Shown: piece after piece, positions 59,032 to 64,000 of the stretch
How positions within the stretch are numbered: the stretch's first letter is position 1
Layout of the letters: every line of letters starts with the position of its first letter
Made by a program: the position numbers and the translations under genes
Source: an uncultured Deferribacteraceae bacterium
GTDB lineage: Bacteria > Chrysiogenota > Deferribacteres > CAMZNJ01
DNA length: 64,000 nucleotides
Assembly (NCBI GenBank): GCA_947313855.1
Contig: CAMZNS010000032.1
Coordinates: 1,306 to 65,305, forward strand
Reading direction: 5' to 3'
The notes under the pieces: model-generated
Told to the model about the DNA's origin: nothing
The model's database searches: none
The model's input: only the letters and a program-made list of their open reading frames with translations

Positions 59032-60015
59032 CTACTTCTCATGCAGGAAACAAGCAACCTTATGACCCGCTTCCATTTCGATAAGCTTAGGTTTGTTGTC
59101 CAAACACTTGTCCATCTTCCTAGGACAACGTGAGTAGAACGGACACCCGAATATTTTCACCGTTGGAGATGGCAGATCCCCCTCCAAGATAATCCTACTA
59201 CGGGAACGCTCAATCTCAGGATCAGGAACCGGAACAGCTGACAACAACGACTCAGTATACGGATGCAAAGGGTTCTCATAAAGACGAGAAGCCTCACACA
59301 TCTCCATAATCTGACCGAGATACATCACAGCAACACGATGACAAGTGTATCGAACAACAGCCAGATCGTGGGCAACAAAAAGGTAACTCAACCCACGCTC
59401 CTCCTGAAGATCGGAAAGAAGATTCAACACCTGTGCCTGAATAGAAACATCCAAGGCACTAACAGGCTCATCCAAAAGGATAAGCTTCGGATCCATAGCC
59501 AAGGCACGAGCGATACCGATACGCTGACGCTGACCACCAGAAAACTCGTGGGGGTAACGCTTACGCAAGCTGTAACGCAAACCAACACGCTCCATAACCT
59601 CAGCAACCTTACGATCGATACCTGCTTTATCTATGTCGATGAGCTTCCTGTTGCGAAAAATTGTCAACGGCTCCGCAATAATATTACCAACAGTAATACG
59701 AGGACTTAGGGATTCATAAGGATCCTGAAAAACAATCTGCATCTCACGACGAGAAGCGATAAGCTCTCTCTTGTTCAGATTTGCAAGATCCTTGCCCTCG
59801 AAAATAACAGACCCCGAAGTGGGCTTGTACAAACGTGCAATGGTACGAATTGTTGTGGACTTACCGCAACCAGACTCACCAACAAGACCCAATGTTTCAC
59901 CGGGATAGATATCGAAACTCACACCATCAACGGCACGAAGTGTTCGCTTACCACTTATATCAAAGTGCTGTTTTAATTTGCGAACCTGCAATAAAGGTTT
60001 CTTTTTGTTACTCAT
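59032..60015 (-). CDS. oppF: Oligopeptide/dipeptide ABC transporter ATP-binding protein OppF-like
   Basis: Walker A is GESGCGKST. The signature is LSGGQRQRIGIARAL. A C-terminal Cys-rich oligopeptide-transporter domain is present. Confidence 0.85.
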   Translation of the reverse strand: MSNKKKPLLQVRKLKQHFDISGKRTLRAVDGVSFDIYPGETLGLVGESGCGKSTTIRTIARLYKPTSGSVIFEGKDLANLNKRELIASRREMQIVFQDPYESLSPRITVGNIIAEPLTIFRNRKLIDIDKAGIDRKVAEVMERVGLRYSLRKRYPHEFSGGQRQRIGIARALAMDPKLILLDEPVSALDVSIQAQVLNLLSDLQEERGLSYLFVAHDLAVVRYTCHRVAVMYLGQIMEMCEASRLYENPLHPYTESLLSAVPVPDPEIERSRSRIILEGDLPSPTVKIFGCPFYSRCPRKMDKCLDNKPKLIEMEAGHKVACFLHEK

Positions 60016-61021
60016 GACTCCCCCCCTCCTCGTCGTACAACCAGCATGCTACCCTGTGGACGTCACCACCTTCGGAAACCTTTAGCACCTTGGACTCAGG
60101 AAGCTTATCCTGACAAATATCCATACGCTTGGAGCACCTATCGTAAAAGGCACAACCCTTAGGCAAGTGTAGTAGGTTTGGCGGCTGACCTTCGATGGAT
60201 ATGAGTCGCTCTGTTACATCCATGTCAACGCGGGGCACAGAGGCGATAAGACCCTGTGTGTAGGGGTGATGGGGGCTCTTGAACAGGTCAACAGCACAGC
60301 TCTCCTCAACAATTTTACCAGCATACATAACGCAGATGCGATCGCACAGACCAGCGATAACACCGAGGTCGTGGGATATCATAATAATCGATGTACCAAG
60401 ATCGGCGGCAAGAGCTTTAAGGAGATCGATAATTTGTGCCTGAATGGTTACATCCAACGCCGTGGTGGGTTCATCGGCAATAAGTATCTTAGGGTTGCAA
60501 CTCAATGCCATGGCTATCATAACACGCTGACGCATACCACCGGAAAACTGGTGCGGATACGAATCAACAACCTTGACAGGATCAGGGATACCAACCATCT
60601 CCAAGCTTTTTATCGCTATCGCTTTCGCCTCTTTTCGCCTCACGTTCTGATGCAAAACAATGGTTTCAATCATCTGAGTGGATATGCGAAGGAACGGGTT
60701 CAGGGAGGTCATCGGATCCTGAAATATCATGGCGATGTCACCACCACGAACCTTCTGCATCTCCTTTTCAGTTGCCTTCAACAGATCCTTGCCATCAAAA
60801 AGCACCTCACCACTTTCAATGCGTGCTGTGCCCCCTGGCAAGAGACCCATTATGGTCATGGCTGTAATAGACTTACCCGACCCAGACTCCCCAACAATAC
60901 CGATAAGCTCACCCGGTTTCAGGGTGATACTCACGCCGTCGACAGCCTTTACAACGCCGTCGTCGGTGTTGAAGTATGTTCTCAAGTTGTTAACTTCTAG
61001 GATATTCCCGTTGCTACTCAT
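60008..61021 (-). CDS. oppD: Oligopeptide/dipeptide ABC transporter ATP-binding protein OppD-like
   Basis: Walker A is GESGSGKS. The signature is FSGGMRQRVMIAMAL. A C-terminal Cys cluster is present. Confidence 0.85.
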   Translation of the reverse strand: MSSNGNILEVNNLRTYFNTDDGVVKAVDGVSITLKPGELIGIVGESGSGKSITAMTIMGLLPGGTARIESGEVLFDGKDLLKATEKEMQKVRGGDIAMIFQDPMTSLNPFLRISTQMIETIVLHQNVRRKEAKAIAIKSLEMVGIPDPVKVVDSYPHQFSGGMRQRVMIAMALSCNPKILIADEPTTALDVTIQAQIIDLLKALAADLGTSIIMISHDLGVIAGLCDRICVMYAGKIVEESCAVDLFKSPHHPYTQGLIASVPRVDMDVTERLISIEGQPPNLLHLPKGCAFYDRCSKRMDICQDKLPESKVLKVSEGGDVHRVACWLYDEEGGSHE

Positions 61022-61117
61022 AATAAGTAAACTCCTCTAACGCCACTCTTCTTCGTAATAGTGTCTAGTGTGCCCCAAGCAGTGCGAGACAACAAACATA
61101 ACGCCACCTAACCAGCA

Positions 61118-62233
61118 TTACAGATTCTTTTTGTCATGGGGATCGAAGGCGTCCCGAAGTCCATCACCGATGAAGTTCATGGAGAACAGGAACACAACCA
61201 TGGCAACAGATGGCACAATCAAACGCCAAGGGTAAACGCTCATGCTAGGAACGCCATCGCGAACCAGAACGCCCCAAGAGGTGTACGGTGCCGAAATACC
61301 AAGACCCAAGAACGACAAGAACGACTCGGTCAAAATAAATGCAGGAACACCAAGGGTTACAAATATAATAATCACGGTGAGGGTGTTTGGAATAAGGTGT
61401 ATAAACACTATGCGAAGATTAGATGCACCCATGGAGCGTGCCGACTCGATGAACAGTGAGTTCTTAAGGGACATAATCTGACCCCGGACGACTCGAGCCG
61501 TCGTCAGCCAACTAACCAAGGCTAATGCCAAAAATAGATTGAAAATATTACGACCAAAAATGGACATCAGAAGAATAACTAGGAGCATGTAGGGCAAACC
61601 GTACATGACGTCAACAACACGCATGATTATGTAATCCGTACGACCCCCAACATAACCCGAAATAGCACCGATAATCGTACCGATGAGCACGGACGTAACA
61701 GCACCAAAAATACCAACAGCAATGGATATTTGACTACCGTAAATTACGCGGGCAAGAACATCGCGACCAAGATCGTCCACACCAAGAATATATCGACGAT
61801 CGTTGACCATGACAAGCTTACCGCTAAGAGTACGCTCCTCAAGGGCAAGCATTTCGGTGTACTCTGTGTAGTTGGAAACAGCACTGCGGGACAGCATGGA
61901 TACGTCCGAAACCTGCTCCTGCTGCATCAAGGACTTAATACGCAACTCAACAAGGAGCTCCCCAGCAGTTTTGGTCAGGGATGGACGAAGATTTTGGTGA
62001 GACAAAACCTGATCCGAAAAGGAGTGTATGGGGAGTATGGGTGCGGTGACGGCAAGGATAATGTAAACCCCCACAATCCATAAACCTATTATCGCTAGCT
62101 TATTCTTACGCAGACGCCTGATGGCATCTTTAGTCAAAGAGCCACCCTTGACTGCCTCGTCATCTAGAATATTATTCGAGTTATCTGAGCCAACAGACGC
62201 AATGGCCGACTCTTTTATTTCAGTGCTTTTCAT
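61118..62233 (-). CDS. oppC: Oligopeptide ABC transporter permease OppC-like
   Basis: It has an OppC N-terminal TM domain. An EAA-like loop is IESARSMGASNLRIVFIHLIPN. Confidence 0.8.
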   Translation of the reverse strand: MKSTEIKESAIASVGSDNSNNILDDEAVKGGSLTKDAIRRLRKNKLAIIGLWIVGVYIILAVTAPILPIHSFSDQVLSHQNLRPSLTKTAGELLVELRIKSLMQQEQVSDVSMLSRSAVSNYTEYTEMLALEERTLSGKLVMVNDRRYILGVDDLGRDVLARVIYGSQISIAVGIFGAVTSVLIGTIIGAISGYVGGRTDYIIMRVVDVMYGLPYMLLVILLMSIFGRNIFNLFLALALVSWLTTARVVRGQIMSLKNSLFIESARSMGASNLRIVFIHLIPNTLTVIIIFVTLGVPAFILTESFLSFLGLGISAPYTSWGVLVRDGVPSMSVYPWRLIVPSVAMVVFLFSMNFIGDGLRDAFDPHDKKNL

Positions 62234-62369
62234 AACTACACTCTCCTAAATCGTACTTCTGGAGGCTTACAGCAAGCCCAACCAACTTCAGGAGCCTGCC
62301 ACAGGACAACTAACTAGCAAAACGATATGTTGATCGTTGCCCTTAATCTATCTCGTTTCTGCTCCGTTC

Positions 62370-63299
62370 TTATTTATAATCTATGCGTGGATCGAGGAAT
62401 ACGTACAGGAGATCCACAATGAGGTTGAAAACCACTAGCAATGATGCGTAAACCACTACGATACCCAATAGCAAGAAGTAGTCACGGTGCAACGCCGACT
62501 CAACAAAGTAGCGACCGATACCGGGCACACGGAATATCTGTTCGATAACAATGGAGCCCGTCAGGATGGACGCCATGGTTGGCCCTAGAAAGCTGACAAT
62601 GGGCAGCAAACCCCCTTTGAGGGTGTGGCGAACAACAACAGCGCGCGTGGACAACCCTTTCGCCCTAGCCGTGCGGATGTAGTCGCTCTTCAGAACCTCG
62701 AGCATACTACCACGCGTAATACGGGCAATCTCAGCAAAGTAGATGAACGCGAGGGTAACCACAGGCAGGATGACGGCAGACCAACCGTTGATGCTAGACA
62801 GCCATCCCGACGTGGGGAGGAGCCCCAGCTTGAGGGCGAACACGTACTGCAGTAAGGGTCCTATCACAAAGAGGGGGATGGAGATACCGATGATTGCGAT
62901 ACCCATCAAGGTGTAATCTATGTAGGTATTCTTAAACAGGGCGGCGAGAACCCCCACCGTTATCCCCAAGGAGAGTGCCAAAATCATGGCGAGACCTCCG
63001 AGGGTGATGGATATGGGAAGCGACTTGAATATGTATTCTGTTACGGTGTAGTCCTTGTAAAATATGGACAAACCCAGGTCGCCATGGAGCAACCTGCCGA
63101 CGTAGTTGAAATACTGAATCACAGGGGCTTTGTCTAACCCATACTTCGCCTCAAGATTGGCACGAACCTCAGGTGGTATGGGGCGTTCGGAGCTGAATGG
63201 ATCCCCCGGTGCCAAGTGAAGCATTGCAAAACTGATGCTTATAATTACAAATATTGTGGGTATGATACCCAGCACCCTTTTAATGGCGTAGACTCTCAT
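62370..63299 (-). CDS. oppB: Oligopeptide ABC transporter permease OppB-like
   Basis: The N-terminus is IKRVLGIIPTIFVIISISFAMLHLAPGDPF. The EAA loop is YIRTARAKGLSTRAVVVRHTLKG. Confidence 0.85.
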   Translation of the reverse strand: MRVYAIKRVLGIIPTIFVIISISFAMLHLAPGDPFSSERPIPPEVRANLEAKYGLDKAPVIQYFNYVGRLLHGDLGLSIFYKDYTVTEYIFKSLPISITLGGLAMILALSLGITVGVLAALFKNTYIDYTLMGIAIIGISIPLFVIGPLLQYVFALKLGLLPTSGWLSSINGWSAVILPVVTLAFIYFAEIARITRGSMLEVLKSDYIRTARAKGLSTRAVVVRHTLKGGLLPIVSFLGPTMASILTGSIVIEQIFRVPGIGRYFVESALHRDYFLLLGIVVVYASLLVVFNLIVDLLYVFLDPRIDYK

Positions 63300-63754
63300 T
63301 TAAAATCCCCCTGCTTGATCGAAACAGTGTAAGCAACCGGCACGGTACGTTATTGTTATCACTAACACTAGTGATAATACCGTAATAAGTTAATTATTGT
63401 TGCAAATGCCTTATTAGCTGTGATAAAGTAGCCCCGTTCAGCCGTAAAACTTAACCATGCAACTAACTGATACGACTACTTTTTAACTACTTAACGGGCA
63501 GCTTAACCACTTTGCATTCGCAATAATTTAGTTATCTGATTATTATAACAGATGCCTTTTCCGGATGTCAACATTTAAATTAACTCCGCGACACATCCAC
63601 GCGGAACCCCTAACCATGCACCACACAAAGGCTTCACGAACCGAAACACACGAACCGAAACACACGAACACACTGCAAGTGTGCACCAACACCAACAACA
63701 ACACTCCCGTGGCACACTGCAACACTCAAACAACCATCCTACGAGGTGCTTACC

Positions 63755-64000
63755 ATGCGTATACTTGATATTGTTGACTCACAGGCGGGCTTCATGGCTC
63801 CATGGGGGAACCTCTATGTTGAAGGTGCCGACCAAATAATCGAACCCATAAACAACTTTTTCCGAAAAGTACCCCCAAACGCCTACAAACTTGCCCTCGC
63901 AAAATACGACACGCACCTAAAAGAAACTTACCACCTGTCACCCGAAAGCAAACTCTTCCCACTGCACTGCGAATACCAATCCCAAGACTGGCAACTCGCC
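63755..64000 (+). CDS. Nicotinamidase/pyrazinamidase PncA-like (isochorismatase family), 3' end outside window
   Basis: An RBS (GAGGTG) lies 7 nt upstream of the ATG at 63755. The motifs are ILDIVDSQAGF (D-x-Q-x-x-F) and KYDTHLKETYH...FPLHCEYQSQDW (D-x-H...H...HC metal/catalytic cluster). It is absent from the ORF track because no stop codon falls inside the window. Confidence 0.55.
   Translation, partial: MRILDIVDSQAGFMAPWGNLYVEGADQIIEPINNFFRKVPPNAYKLALAKYDTHLKETYHLSPESKLFPLHCEYQSQDWQLA

Noticed and set aside
63565-63768. 67-aa plus-strand ORF (MSTFKLTPRHIHAEPL...) in the oppB-pncA divergent region
   Set aside because: It overlaps the likely promoter and RBS of the pncA-like gene. It is Thr/His/Asn-rich low complexity from the CGAACCGAAACACA repeat. 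The downstream ATG at 63755, which has a proper RBS and a conserved nicotinamidase N-terminus, is the better gene start.

Overview
This is a gene-dense chromosomal segment of about 50% GC from a flagellated, LPS-producing, probably anaerobic Gram-negative bacterium. The lineage cannot be called from sequence alone; the content is compatible with a spirochete-like or delta-proteobacterium-like organism. About 55 protein genes and one tRNA can be supported.

Genes, left to right:
- 1-7.3 kb: xerC/D-type recombinase (5' truncated), ispG, aroE, a FapA/DUF342 protein and lon.
- 7.4-9.5 kb: a MinD/ParA-type ATPase followed by a CheW-domain protein with a Cys-rich tail.
- 9.5-14.2 kb: a GldA/GldF-GldG-like ABC export module plus a downstream periplasmic protein.
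- 14.4-17.7 kb: a fused sugar-type ABC permease and its solute-binding lipoprotein.
- 17.8-21.5 kb: a complete Na+-pumping methylmalonyl-CoA decarboxylase operon (mmdA-oadG-bccp-oadB).
- 21.5-23.8 kb: two GT9 heptosyltransferases.
- 24.1-26.8 kb: tRNA-Pro(GGG), a secreted hexapeptide-repeat beta-helix protein and an unusual 1.5x duplicated rpiB.
- 26.9-38.0 kb: a minus-strand flagellar late-gene cluster (flgI, flgJ rod-binding, flgM, flgN, flgK, a giant 1311-aa flgL, fliW, csrA, flgH), preceded by an ankyrin-repeat lipoprotein.
- 40.3-49.1 kb: fabI, radA, a PHP phosphoesterase, ruvB, a large lipoprotein, superoxide reductase and hemW.
- 49.1-54.8 kb: the conserved lptC-lptA-lptB-rpoN-hpf-rapZ block, with no ptsN.
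- 54.9-64.0 kb: pyrG, a HAD hydrolase, pncB, oppFDCB and a 3'-truncated pncA-like gene at the window edge.

The most striking unexplained feature is that the window is saturated with perfect short tandem repeats, with units of 6 to 27 nt. The arrays found inside coding sequences have unit lengths that are multiples of 3. These include 15-mer x16 in ruvB, hexamer x12 in rpiB, 9-mers in the ABC ATPase and in lptC, and 12/15/21-mers in the GldFG gene. Arrays with units of 8, 11, 13, 14 and 18 nt lie in promoter-proximal intergenic gaps (ruvB, the PHP gene, hpf-rapZ, flgM-flgN); the only out-of-frame-length arrays inside a call are the 11/13-mer array in the 5' leader of the lptB ORF, upstream of its likely true start, and the 8-mer array that the 14427-16127 fused-permease call itself contains. 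Several genes also have their last 30-65 nt duplicated one to three times immediately after the stop codon. No CRISPR array, transposase or obvious prophage was seen.
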